From positions 2,298 to 66,297 of the forward strand of contig JAQUVJ010000003.1 in NCBI GenBank assembly GCA_028693395.1: a DNA stretch of 64,000 nucleotides, in the 5' to 3' direction. Below are positions 18,617-28,603 of this stretch, piece after piece. The DNA comes from Candidatus Nanoarchaeia archaeon. Lineage in GTDB: Archaea > Nanobdellota > Nanobdellia > Woesearchaeales > JAQUVJ01. Numbering within the stretch: position 1 is the stretch's first letter; the number at the start of each line of letters is the position of its first letter. A program made the translations under genes and the position numbers. The notes under the pieces were generated by a model. The model was not told where the DNA came from and did no database searches. It was given only the letters and a program-made list of their open reading frames with translations.

Positions 18617-19915
18617 ATGATAATCTTAAAAAATTGTAAAAAAATCATTACTCAAAATGATAAAAGGGAAATTTTAGAAAATTATAACATTGTTATAGAA
18701 AAGAATCTTATAAAATCTATTTCTAAAGATATTGAAAATCAAAAATTCACAGACAATGACACAATTATTGATTGTTCACAAAAAATTGTAATGCCGGGAT
18801 TAATAAACATGCATACACATCTTCCTATGACTTTTCTTAAGGGATATAGCGATGATAAAGAATTAAAAGAATGGTTGGAAAAGGATATATGGCCAAAAGA
18901 AGCAACCATGACAAAAAACGATATAAAACAAAGTAGTTTACTTGCACTTAAAGAATTATTATTAACTGGAACAACAACTTTTGTAGATATGTATTATCAT
19001 CTTGATGCAATGCTTGAAGCAATAAAAGAAATTCCTCTAAGAAGTTATCTTGGTTATGGTGTTATTGATGGAACAATAAATTATGATATTGAAACAAATA
19101 AAACAAATTGGATTGATTTTAATAAAACTCAAAAGGAATTAAATGGCGTAAATGAATCTATAAAAATGTATGAAGAAATAAAAATGACAAATCTACCTGT
19201 GAAAATTTTAATAACTCCTCATTCTCCATATACTGTAAATGAATCAACTTTAAAAAAATTAAAAAACATTGCAAATAAAAATAATCTTAAATATTTAATA
19301 CATGTAAATGAAACAAGAACTGAATTTTATAATGTAAAAAAACAATACAATAAATCACCTATAGAATTTTTAAATGATCTTAAAGTTCTTGATTCTAATT
19401 CTATATTAGTTCACAATGTTTGGGCTACAAAAATGGAATTAGATATATTAAAAAAAACAAATTCTCATTTAGTCTTTTGTGCAACATCAAATGCAAAACT
19501 TGCATCTGGAAGCGTTTTCCCATATAGAGAATCAAAAAAAAGAAACATAAACATAACATTAGGTACTGATGGTTCTTCATCAAATAATTGTCTTGATATG
19601 TTTCAAGAAATGAAATTTTCCTCTCTTTTAATAAAAAATCATCTTTGGGATCCTACTGTTGCAAATGCACAAGAAATACTTGATTGTGCTACGATAAATG
19701 CTGCAAACGCACTTGGTGAAAAAATCGGTAGTTTAAAAGAAGATTACATTGCAGATTTAATAACATTAGATGCAAACGATGTTACACTACAACCAGATAC
19801 AAATAATATTATTAGTCATCTTGTTTACTCTCTAAATTCATACTCGACACAAGATGTAATTGTAAATGGAGAAATACTTTTAAATAATAGAAAGATAATA
19901 AAAAAATATGTTTAG
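18617..19915 (+). CDS. mtaD: Amidohydrolase, 5-methylthioadenosine/S-adenosylhomocysteine deaminase-like
   Basis: The motifs MPGLINMHTHLPMT, HVNET and GTDGSSSNN are present, and the length is about 430 aa. Confidence 0.8.
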   Translation: MIILKNCKKIITQNDKREILENYNIVIEKNLIKSISKDIENQKFTDNDTIIDCSQKIVMPGLINMHTHLPMTFLKGYSDDKELKEWLEKDIWPKEATMTKNDIKQSSLLALKELLLTGTTTFVDMYYHLDAMLEAIKEIPLRSYLGYGVIDGTINYDIETNKTNWIDFNKTQKELNGVNESIKMYEEIKMTNLPVKILITPHSPYTVNESTLKKLKNIANKNNLKYLIHVNETRTEFYNVKKQYNKSPIEFLNDLKVLDSNSILVHNVWATKMELDILKKTNSHLVFCATSNAKLASGSVFPYRESKKRNINITLGTDGSSSNNCLDMFQEMKFSSLLIKNHLWDPTVANAQEILDCATINAANALGEKIGSLKEDYIADLITLDANDVTLQPDTNNIISHLVYSLNSYSTQDVIVNGEILLNNRKIIKKYV

Positions 19916-21242
19916 AGAAAATAAAGAAAACATAGATTATATCTTATTGATTAAAAGTATTGAAAAAAAGTTTTATCTATTTAGAGATTTTTATAAAAAT
20001 CAAACAAATTTAGAAGATTTAATTAAATTAATTAATGAAATAATTCATACTTCTATAAAATTACAAAAATATGAAAAAATAGAACATGAATATAACAATA
20101 ATGAATTTAAAAAAATACATTTTGATAATTTTGAATTATTAAAAATGATTAACCTTGAAGTTAATAAAAAAATTCCTACAAATGAATCTGAAAATTTTAT
20201 TAAAAATATAAAAGAAGGATTAAAAAAAGAAGATGAAGCCTTTACTGAAAAAATAAAAATGATTTTTCATATTGAAGACATTTTTTCTAAAATTATTTTT
20301 GAAAACGAAAAACAACTAAAAATTTTAATGGAAATAAAAAATAAAACAATGAATGAAGTTAAATTAAAAGAATCCTTAATAAATGAATATAGATTGGTAT
20401 CAGAATTAAACGAATCTTTGAAAACTTCAAATAATATAACACTAAAAAAAGATTATATTGAAGAAAAAATCATAACTTCAACAAATCCAATAATAAATTA
20501 TAAAAAACAACAAATAAGAAACAAAAAAGATTTAAAAAAACAAATAAAAGAAAATAAAAAACTTGAACGAAAAAATAAAAACATTTTAAAAAATTGTAAA
20601 AAAGAAGAAAAAATATTTGGAACTCAAAATTCTTTTTTAATAAAAGATAGACATACACACGATATCTTAAAATCTATTGATTTTTCATTTTCAATTATTA
20701 CAAAAAATAATAATTTTGATTTATATTGGCAATGTATTCCTATAGTAAGAAATGAAATCGCTTATTCAATAACAGAAATTTCAAGAAGATTTAATAAAAA
20801 AATCTCTGAATTATTTAATATTGAATTAAAAGATTCAATTCTTGTTATAACTGATACAATAAGAAGTAAGGAAACTCAAGAAAAATATTTTAAAACAAAT
20901 CCAAATGCAATAAATCCTGAAAAATCAAAACATGTAAGTGGATTTGCAATAGATATTGGATTAAATTCTACAACAAATAAGTTAAGAAAAATATTAAAAA
21001 AAGATAATAATGAAAAAAACAATAAAATTATTGAAAAAATAAGTTTTAAAATATTAAAAAATAAAATAAAATCAATTTTAAATTCAATTGTTAATGATAT
21101 AAATAAAGAATATTCAAAAGATTTAAACAATAAACCATTGTTTTTTGCAATTATTGAAAATAATGGATGTTTTCATATTAGTTTAAATCAAACAATTGAA
21201 GCAAAAAGAATAACTTATAATTTTAAGAAAAGTATTGTTTAA
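19908..21242 (+). CDS. Coiled-coil protein with a C-terminal LAS-family zinc peptidase domain (M15/VanY D-Ala-D-Ala carboxypeptidase-like)
   Basis: SKHVSGFAIDIG is an exact SxHxxGxAxD motif. RSKETQ lies upstream of it, and ENNGCFHIS lies downstream as the distal His. The start overlaps the mtaD stop (ATGTTTAG). Confidence 0.6.
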   Translation: MFRENKENIDYILLIKSIEKKFYLFRDFYKNQTNLEDLIKLINEIIHTSIKLQKYEKIEHEYNNNEFKKIHFDNFELLKMINLEVNKKIPTNESENFIKNIKEGLKKEDEAFTEKIKMIFHIEDIFSKIIFENEKQLKILMEIKNKTMNEVKLKESLINEYRLVSELNESLKTSNNITLKKDYIEEKIITSTNPIINYKKQQIRNKKDLKKQIKENKKLERKNKNILKNCKKEEKIFGTQNSFLIKDRHTHDILKSIDFSFSIITKNNNFDLYWQCIPIVRNEIAYSITEISRRFNKKISELFNIELKDSILVITDTIRSKETQEKYFKTNPNAINPEKSKHVSGFAIDIGLNSTTNKLRKILKKDNNEKNNKIIEKISFKILKNKIKSILNSIVNDINKEYSKDLNNKPLFFAIIENNGCFHISLNQTIEAKRITYNFKKSIV

Positions 21243-21264
21243 GACTATTATTTATTAATAATTT

Positions 21265-22704
21265 TTAAATTTTACTTAAAACTTCTATTGATCTATTCAA
21301 GAATTCTTCTTCCTTATCAAGAGGAACAATCGCACCTGATGCAGAAACATGACCTCCATATTCACCATAATCAAAGTTTTTAAAAATTTCATTAAATATT
21401 TCTCTTAAATTATGATTTCCTGTTGTTCTAAGTGATATTTTTAAATATTTTTTAGGTGTTCTAGCCATTGTCATTAAAACTTTTCCTTTAGGAAAATCTT
21501 TTGATTTTGATAATATTGATGCTAAAGTTCCAACCATTGTATGTAATATTTCTTCCTTACCATTTATTATTAAATATTTATCAGAATCATAAACAAATTC
21601 TTTATTATTTTCTGATCTTACTTTTTTAACCCAATTTAAATAATGAACTAAATCTGTTTTATAAGTTTTTATTAATTTTGAAGCTTCAACTTTCATTTTT
21701 TTATCATTTAAGCAAGCATAAAGACCATATTCTGGCTTTCCTAATCTTCCACATCCATTTAACAATGTTGCAAATTCTTTAATACTTTTAAATGCACTTT
21801 CTTCTTTTTCACTTTTTATTATATAATGAGTAGAATAAATATCACTAGGATTTTTACAATCTTTTCTTGTCATTAAAATACCCATCTCTAATTTCTTCTT
21901 TTCCTCATCGCTTAATTCATAGTAATATCTAAATCTATTACCTTCTTTCATTTTTATTCCCATGCCTTCTAAAAAATTCATGGTTTTTTGAAATTTTTCG
22001 CTAGAATAAGGTATTAATGGATCTTGAACATTTTGTAATAGCATAATTAATGGTTTTGAATAAATACCAAATAATCTTAAATCTTTTTTAACTTCAACAA
22101 GACCTTCTTTTATTGACATCTCTAAAATATCTTTATTTATAGAAACAAAACCTCCATCAGAATCTTGAACATCTCCTACCGCTCCTATCAATGGTATATA
22201 TGATAACTTTGACATTTTTTTATCAATTACTAAAGAAAATAAAAAACAAACTCCAGCTCCTGAAATTTCTCTTCCTCCATCTATTCCAAACATATGAGGA
22301 TTTACTTGAATTATATTTTCTTTTAAATAATTATCAAATTTTCCATCTTTTAATTCTTCTTCTTCTTTTGTTAATTCGACACATTCATGATGATCTAAAA
22401 TTAAAATATTTTTATCTGGTAAAAATTTTCTAATTCTATCAATTTGTCCTGAACCTAAATCAGAAAAAACATACAAATCAAAAAATCCGTCTTTCATAGA
22501 TTCTATATCTTCAGTTCTTAATTGATTTAAAATAGATGTACTAAAAATTGAAGATCTTGGTTTAAAAATTTTTGTTAATAATGCTGCTGAACTAATACCA
22601 TCAGCATCTAAATGAGAAATTAATTTTACTTTTTTCAAATTACCTTTAGATTTATATTTATTTCCAACAACTTTAATAAAATCCAAAAACAATTCTTTTG
22701 ACAT
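21265..22704 (-). CDS. Archaeal RecJ/Cdc45-like DHH nuclease (GAN-type)
   Basis: The motifs SHLDADGISSAA, ILDHHE and GGHVSASG are present. The length is 479 aa. Confidence 0.7.
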   Translation of the reverse strand: MSKELFLDFIKVVGNKYKSKGNLKKVKLISHLDADGISSAALLTKIFKPRSSIFSTSILNQLRTEDIESMKDGFFDLYVFSDLGSGQIDRIRKFLPDKNILILDHHECVELTKEEEELKDGKFDNYLKENIIQVNPHMFGIDGGREISGAGVCFLFSLVIDKKMSKLSYIPLIGAVGDVQDSDGGFVSINKDILEMSIKEGLVEVKKDLRLFGIYSKPLIMLLQNVQDPLIPYSSEKFQKTMNFLEGMGIKMKEGNRFRYYYELSDEEKKKLEMGILMTRKDCKNPSDIYSTHYIIKSEKEESAFKSIKEFATLLNGCGRLGKPEYGLYACLNDKKMKVEASKLIKTYKTDLVHYLNWVKKVRSENNKEFVYDSDKYLIINGKEEILHTMVGTLASILSKSKDFPKGKVLMTMARTPKKYLKISLRTTGNHNLREIFNEIFKNFDYGEYGGHVSASGAIVPLDKEEEFLNRSIEVLSKI

Positions 22705-22873
22705 TTTTTCACCATAAATATCATAAATTAAAATTAAAAATTAAATAATAATTAAATGATATTAAATAATTAAATAAATAATATTAAATAATAATTAATT
22801 GTTATAAAAATATAAAATAAAACTTTTAAAATATAATAAAATATAATTTAAAAAAATAAAAAAAAAGAAATAA

Positions 22874-23329
22874 TTACTGTACAAGTAATTTTGCTCTCTT
22901 TGGATCATAGTTCCAATCTTTTGATACTTTATTAGTTCTCTTATAATATTTAACTAATCTTAATATCTTAGATTCAGTATATAATAATCCTCTTTTAGCA
23001 ACAACATCATGATTATTAGTAGCAATGTGTTCTCTTAAAACAACAGCTCTCTTGATTAATGAGTATAAATCTTCTGGGAATTCTTTTGCTAAATTCTTTT
23101 CTTCTAATATTTTTGTGATTTTCTTTCCTAAAATCATTCTTACATCTGGAATTCCATAACTATCTCTTAAAATCATTCCGATTTGAGATGCACTATTTCC
23201 TTCTTTTGCTAATTTTAGAATTAAATGTTCGATAACATTTGGTTTGTATTGTACCCATGTTGGAACAATCTTATGTAAACTTTTCTTACTTCTACTTTTT
23301 CCTTTATGTCTTGAATGTATTCTTGCCAT
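22874..23329 (-). CDS. rps15: 30S ribosomal protein uS15 (S13e-type)
   Basis: MARIHSRHKGKSRSKK...LREHIATNNHDVVAKRGL. GGTGAT lies 3 nt upstream of the ATG. Confidence 0.92.
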   Translation of the reverse strand: MARIHSRHKGKSRSKKSLHKIVPTWVQYKPNVIEHLILKLAKEGNSASQIGMILRDSYGIPDVRMILGKKITKILEEKNLAKEFPEDLYSLIKRAVVLREHIATNNHDVVAKRGLLYTESKILRLVKYYKRTNKVSKDWNYDPKRAKLLVQ

Positions 23330-23393
23330 ATTATCACCGGTGTGATTTGGTTACTTAACTAAACCACCCATATTTTAAGGGAGATTTCTTTTA

Positions 23394-23401
23394 TTTATAA
23401 A
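23394..23401 (+). promoter_or_regulatory. TATA-box-like element (TTTATAAA), candidate promoter for the downstream structured element
   Basis: It lies about 20-25 nt upstream of the first base of the terminal helix at 23419-23430. TATA-like strings are very common in this AT-rich DNA, so specificity is low. Confidence 0.25.
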
Positions 23402-23418
23402 TGTATTTTTTATTTTAT

Positions 23419-23558
23419 GAGAATCTGACCTAAATCTGCTATTATGACACCTTTATTCACAGAATTATTGCTTGCCAGCTCAATAGATAGGATTAAGCTT
23501 CACGAGTTTTATTTATCCCTATCAAAATTCAGGTATTCAATAATGGTCAGATTTTTTA
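23419..23558 (+). ncRNA. Unassigned GC-enriched structured element: a candidate ncRNA or a MITE-like inverted-repeat element. Strand is uncertain.
   Basis: A perfect 9-bp terminal pairing joins AATCTGACC (23422-23430) and GGTCAGATT (23545-23553). Nested complementary segments are ATTAT/ATAAT, ACC/GGT and GAATT/AATTC. Two internal hairpins are TATTGCTTGCCAGCTCAATA and GATAGG...CCTATC. On the + strand the element ends in a T6 run. By hand count it has about 45 G/C in about 135 nt, against far lower GC in the flanking spacer. Confidence 0.4.
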
Positions 23559-23727
23559 AAATATTGTAATTAAATATAAATTTATTGTTATTTTTATTAA
23601 TTTATAATAAAATATGACATAATTATAATTATATAATGTAAAAATAAAAATAAAAAATGAAATGAAATAAAATAAAATGAAAATAATGAAAATAATGAAA
23701 AAATAAAATCATTAATACCTACAAAAT

Positions 23728-24903
23728 CTATAGAATGTCATCTAATACACTAATTAAATTATCTATATCAGATTCCTCTACAAATAATCCAAAAGAAAAT
23801 CTTATGACACTTTCTATATTATTTTGTGATAGAAAAAATATATTTCCAAAATTAGATTCTGAACAAATTATATCATTTTCTCTAAGTGTTTCTACAAATC
23901 TTTTATTAGGTATGTTATCCAAAGTAAAAGAAAATATTGGTGCTTTATTATTCTTATCTTGAATGTTTATAAAATTTAATTTTTTATTATTTTTTATATA
24001 TTTTAAGAATTTATCAATTATTTTTTTATTATTTTCTTCTATATTTTCATATCCTAGTTCTTCTAAATAATTTATTGAATATCCTAAAGCAATAGCTCCA
24101 ATAATATTTTTTGTCCCGTATTCTAATCTATTATAATCTTTATACAATAAATAATCGTTTTTTGTAATTTTTGAAACTGAATTTGATCCTATTAAAATTT
24201 CTTCAAAATGACTTAATGATTTTTCATTTATAAATAAAATTCCCATTACTATTGGAGAATACAATTTCTGAGCACTAAAACAAATTGAATCAGCATTTAT
24301 TTTTTTTAAATCTACTTTTCTAAATGGAATATACGAGGCTAAATCGTAATTTATAAAAACATCTTTATTTTTTTCTTTTATTATATTTGAAATGCCTTCT
24401 AAATCTTGTAAATATCCTAAAATAGATGAACAACCAGATATTGATGCAATTTTTGTTTTTTGATTTATTTTAAATTTTAAATCATTAATATCGATTTCTC
24501 CATTTGAATTATGTTTTATTAAATTTATCTTTAAATCTTTTTCTTTGGCTATTTTTTGCCAAATTAAGAAATTTGAATCGTGTTCTTGTTGTGATAAAAT
24601 TATTTCATCGCCTTTTTCTAAATTTTTTGTTAACCCATAGGCTAATATATTTATTGATTCTGTTGTATTTTTCGTATAAATAATTTCTTCTCTATTACAA
24701 TTTAAGAATTCTGCAACAATTTCTTTGGACTTTAAATATTCATTGTTTGCTTGTGTTTCAAAAGAAATATATCTATCAATATCATTTAATGTGCAATTAA
24801 AGATATCATTCATTCTAATGAGTATATTTTGTGGAATTATACTTATCGAAAGGTTGTCCAAATAATTTATTTGGCTTATTTGATTGAAATCAAATTTGTT
24901 CAT
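23728..24903 (-). CDS. Class V aminotransferase / cysteine desulfurase-like PLP enzyme
   Basis: The length and layout are typical. FSAQKLYSPIVMGILF corresponds to the S.HK..gP.G.G PLP-lysine region. Confidence 0.6.
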   Translation of the reverse strand: MNKFDFNQISQINYLDNLSISIIPQNILIRMNDIFNCTLNDIDRYISFETQANNEYLKSKEIVAEFLNCNREEIIYTKNTTESINILAYGLTKNLEKGDEIILSQQEHDSNFLIWQKIAKEKDLKINLIKHNSNGEIDINDLKFKINQKTKIASISGCSSILGYLQDLEGISNIIKEKNKDVFINYDLASYIPFRKVDLKKINADSICFSAQKLYSPIVMGILFINEKSLSHFEEILIGSNSVSKITKNDYLLYKDYNRLEYGTKNIIGAIALGYSINYLEELGYENIEENNKKIIDKFLKYIKNNKKLNFINIQDKNNKAPIFSFTLDNIPNKRFVETLRENDIICSESNFGNIFFLSQNNIESVIRFSFGLFVEESDIDNLISVLDDIL

Positions 24904-24906
24904 TTT

Positions 24907-25692
24907 CTATAGGTTGATTATATTATTGTTATTTGTTGGTATAACATCAAAATCTTGAAAGTGATCTTGCTGATCTAAATCAATGACATCATTGTTTCTC
25001 ATTTGTAATAATGGAATGAATGTGTAAATTGTTTCTGTTTTATCTTGTGTTCCAACTAATTTTGAGAATTTAATTCTTTCTTCATTAAATGAATGTATTT
25101 TATTATAAACTTGATCTACAAGATAACTCATTTCAGGATATTTTTCTTCTACCATATCTTGAAGTTCTTTATCAATTTTTTTAGTTGAGGTTCTTTTTAC
25201 ATTGTGTCTTTCAACCTTTCTTTTATATACTTTCATTGCTCTTTCAAGATTACTTACTAAATCAAACAATGAGACTTTTCTTGATGTTCTAATTGGGGTT
25301 CTTAATTTTAAATTTTTCAATATCTCTTCTTCTTCTGGAATTAAAGGAATTTCTTCATATCCTTCTTGATTTGAATAATCTAAGAAGTCAGAATCTTCAA
25401 TTAATTCTTCGTTTGCTGAACTAAATATATCAAAATCAGAATTGGATAAGTTTTCAGCTTTATATTTTAGTAACATTGAAGCTGTCAAAACAACTTTACC
25501 TGATAAGAAAAAATCTACTGATTTCATTTGTGAAATTATCTCCATAAATCTTTGAGATAATACAGAAACATCAATGTCCCATGGATCTAATCCTTCTTGT
25601 TTAACGATTTCATAGATTAAAGACTGCCAACTTAAATTTTGTTCGTCTTTTAATGTATCGATTATTCTGTTGACTACATCCATATGAATCAC
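24907..25692 (-). CDS. scpA: Segregation and condensation protein A
   Basis: QEGLDPWDIDVSVLSQRFMEII is present, along with a C-terminal winged-helix-like region (TFIPLLQMRNNDVIDLDQ). Confidence 0.65.
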   Translation of the reverse strand: MIHMDVVNRIIDTLKDEQNLSWQSLIYEIVKQEGLDPWDIDVSVLSQRFMEIISQMKSVDFFLSGKVVLTASMLLKYKAENLSNSDFDIFSSANEELIEDSDFLDYSNQEGYEEIPLIPEEEEILKNLKLRTPIRTSRKVSLFDLVSNLERAMKVYKRKVERHNVKRTSTKKIDKELQDMVEEKYPEMSYLVDQVYNKIHSFNEERIKFSKLVGTQDKTETIYTFIPLLQMRNNDVIDLDQQDHFQDFDVIPTNNNNIINL

Positions 25693-26052
25693 ATGTTATA
25701 TTAATATACGTATATGTATATTTGTATAATTATATATAAACTTTTCTTTTTTGTAGAAATACTGTTTATATTATTTTACATCATCAAATAATACATTATA
25801 TTTACTATACTTTTGTTTTATAGATTGTTTATAAATTTTTGTATTTTTCGTCTTAAAATATATTATCTATTATAATGAAAATATTATAAATCTTTATATG
25901 ATACAAAAAGATAAAAGTAGAATAGTAAAAATAAAAAATAAATTTAGAAAAATAAGAAACAAAAAAAGAAAATAAAAAATAAAAAATAAAAAATAAAAAA
26001 TAAGAAATAAAAAATTAAATAAACAGATTAAATAAAAAATTAAATAAACAAA

Positions 26053-26538
26053 TTAAACCAACTTTCTTTCCAAATCAAAAACAATATCTTCTTTTGAATT
26101 TTGAGTATCAGAAAGTAAAGTATAAGCAGATTTGAAATCTTTAGCTTTTAAAACTGTATAATCTTCTAAGAAAACACCTTTAGAATGATGTCTTCTAATT
26201 CCATAACTAGATTCTAAATTTGCATTTTTTAAATAAGAAATATTAATCTTTTTATTATGATATTCAATAATAATTGTTGAATTTTCAAGTAAAGAATTCA
26301 TTGCTAAATCTTTTTCTCTTTTAGGATGAATAAATCCAACATGTTCAACTTCTTCACTTCTTGCATAATCTGTTAAAGCATGATTTAGTGCTGAAATAAC
26401 TGTTCCACCTTTTCCATGAGCTATTAAATTGCCTTCAACATCTTCTATATTAAAAACTATACTTCCATTTTTTTTAGTTGATATTGCTTTACATTGACTT
26501 TCTAGAAGAGATTCTATTGTTAATACTTCATCAAACAT
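26053..26538 (-). CDS. Hypothetical protein
   Basis: The ORF is clean with normal composition. I recognise no confident family. AHGKGGTVISALNHAL faintly resembles LeuA-dimer/ACT-like regulatory domains. Confidence 0.4.
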   Translation of the reverse strand: MFDEVLTIESLLESQCKAISTKKNGSIVFNIEDVEGNLIAHGKGGTVISALNHALTDYARSEEVEHVGFIHPKREKDLAMNSLLENSTIIIEYHNKKINISYLKNANLESSYGIRRHHSKGVFLEDYTVLKAKDFKSAYTLLSDTQNSKEDIVFDLERKLV

Positions 26539-26722
26539 TTATATCAATATTTTTTTTATTTATCCCATATATTAAGATTGTGCCCTTTTTATATATCTTT
26601 TTTATTATAACTTTTAAATTATATATACTGCATTGTATAATATAAAATTTATATAGAATAACTACATTAATAATAATAATTATTATTATATAACAATATA
26701 ATTATTAAAAAGAAGTGATTAA

Positions 26723-27142
26723 ATGGAAATACTAAAGAAAAATTTTTTCGAATTAACAACAAAGGAGTTATATGATATATTGCATTTAAGATCGGAAATT
26801 TTTGTTTTAGAACAAAATTGTCTTTATCAAGATTTAGATGAAATAGATAAGATTTCAATACACTATTTTTTGATTATTGATGGAGAAATTGTATCTTATT
26901 TAAGGACATATAAAGATAAAGATTTCACTCGAATTACAAGAGTTTGCACAAAGAAAGATTATAGAAAAAAAGGATATTCAAAAACGTTAATTAATAATGC
27001 TATTAAAGATTTAGACAAACCTATTTTGATTCATGCTCAAAATTATTTAAAAGATTTTTATGAATCTTTTGGATTTAAGAAAACTTCGGAAATTTTTCTA
27101 GAGGATGGCATAGAACATATAATAATGGTTCTTAGAGATTAA
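26723..27142 (+). CDS. GNAT family N-acetyltransferase (ElaA-like)
   Basis: The ElaA signature is LYDILHLRSEIFVLEQNCLYQDLDEIDK. The acetyl-CoA region is RKKGYSKTLI. Confidence 0.7.
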   Translation: MEILKKNFFELTTKELYDILHLRSEIFVLEQNCLYQDLDEIDKISIHYFLIIDGEIVSYLRTYKDKDFTRITRVCTKKDYRKKGYSKTLINNAIKDLDKPILIHAQNYLKDFYESFGFKKTSEIFLEDGIEHIIMVLRD

Positions 27143-27282
27143 TTAAAAGATTAATTAGGACATGTTCCCCAGATTGGTTGAAAATCAGCTTGAAGAGGAC
27201 ATATAAAAAAATATTTATTTTGTAAAAATGTTACAAAAAAAATGTAGTTATTACTATATATTTCCTAAACTTTTATTTTTTA

Positions 27283-28434
27283 ATGTTTGTAACATATCTT
27301 CTATATCTTCTTTTAGGAATCTTTTTTGGTTGCATTACAGGTCTTATTCCTGGAATTCATGTAAATTTAGTTTGCTCAATTTTACTATTCTTTAATCTAA
27401 ATCATTATTTTGCCATAACTATTATTTCTATGTCAATTACTCACACTTTCTTAGATACAATTCCTAGTGCTTTTCTTGGAATTCCTAGCGATGTTATTTT
27501 AAACGCATTACCTTTACATAAAGAAACATTAAATGGAAATGCATTTAAAGGAATTTATTATACATTAATAGGAAGTTTGTTTACAACCATTTGTTCTTTT
27601 TGCTTAATTCCTATAAGTTATCTATTATTAAAACATACATACGACTACATTAAATTATCTTTTCCTTATGTTTTATTTATAATAATGATTTATCTTTTCT
27701 TTAAAAACAAACCATTAAAATCAAAAATTACTTTTATTTTTGCATTTTTAATAGGATATATTTCATTAATTCAACTTAGTTTGAAAAATCCTTTATTTCA
27801 TTTACTTTCTGGATTTTTTGCTCTTGCTTGCCTTGATTTTAAAAAATCAACAATTCCCAAACAAACAATTGAATATCCTCAAATAAAATACAAATATATC
27901 ATTGTTTCACTATTTTCTTCGTTTGGTGGGTTTTTAACATCAATTGCTCCTGGGATTGGAAGTGCTTTTGCAATTTTAATAATATCAATCTTTAAAAAAT
28001 TTAAAGAAGAAGATTTCTTAGTTTTAACAGGAGGAATAAATACTGCTAATTTTTATTTTAGTTTAATTATGTTTTATCTTTTCGATAAATCCAGAAATGG
28101 ATCTATTAGTGCTATCTCAAATTTTATAACACCTAATTTTGAATCTTTTTTATTATTTGTTTTATTATCTTTATTAAGTGGAATTATTGCTTTTAAAATT
28201 GGTATTTTTTTTGCAAAAAAATTTACATTAATAATTCCAAAATTAAACATAAAAATAATTAATTTTGTATTAATTTCAATAATAATTTTTATATCTTTTT
28301 GCTTTGATGGTATCATAGGATTATTAATATTATTATCAAGTACACTTGTTGGAATTTATTCTTTAAAAAATAATGTGTCTAGAAAAATAAATCTTGTTTC
28401 TTTAATTGGACCAACTTTAATTAATCTTATCTGA
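27283..28434 (+). CDS. Polytopic membrane protein, DUF112/TctA-like
   Basis: There are about 10 TM segments. Two halves carry GLIPGIH and IAPGIGSAF motifs. Confidence 0.45.
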   Translation: MFVTYLLYLLLGIFFGCITGLIPGIHVNLVCSILLFFNLNHYFAITIISMSITHTFLDTIPSAFLGIPSDVILNALPLHKETLNGNAFKGIYYTLIGSLFTTICSFCLIPISYLLLKHTYDYIKLSFPYVLFIIMIYLFFKNKPLKSKITFIFAFLIGYISLIQLSLKNPLFHLLSGFFALACLDFKKSTIPKQTIEYPQIKYKYIIVSLFSSFGGFLTSIAPGIGSAFAILIISIFKKFKEEDFLVLTGGINTANFYFSLIMFYLFDKSRNGSISAISNFITPNFESFLLFVLLSLLSGIIAFKIGIFFAKKFTLIIPKLNIKIINFVLISIIIFISFCFDGIIGLLILLSSTLVGIYSLKNNVSRKINLVSLIGPTLINLI

Positions 28435-28603
28435 TTTTTTAATATTATTTAGATTGAAAAAAATTATTCAAAAATAAGTAAAATAATTTAAAAAAATAAG
28501 TAAAAATATTAAAATATATAATATAAAAAATATAAAAAATATATAAATATAAAAAATAAAAAAAATAAGAAAACAAAAAAACAAAAAAAATAAATCGAAT
28601 AAA

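Noticed and set aside
23422-23553. Possible divergent 5S rRNA. The length of about 132 nt fits, a terminal helix is present, and the minus-strand segment CUCGUGAAGCUUAAUCC resembles the conserved ..CGGAAGUUAAGC.. region.
   Set aside because: The complementarity I can trace pairs the 5' third with the 3' third and leaves two hairpins at the tip. That is not the 5S three-way junction of helix II-III and helix IV-V arms. I found no UAGUAC/loop E-like or CCCAU..GAAC motifs. It stays an unassigned element until a covariance-model search is run.
27150-27200. A slightly GC-richer patch (ggacatgttccccagattggttgaaaatcagcttgaagaggacat) after the GNAT gene, considered as a possible tRNA or sRNA.
   Set aside because: I found no acceptor or T-arm features, no convincing helices, and only a short direct repeat (ggacat). 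This is too little to call.
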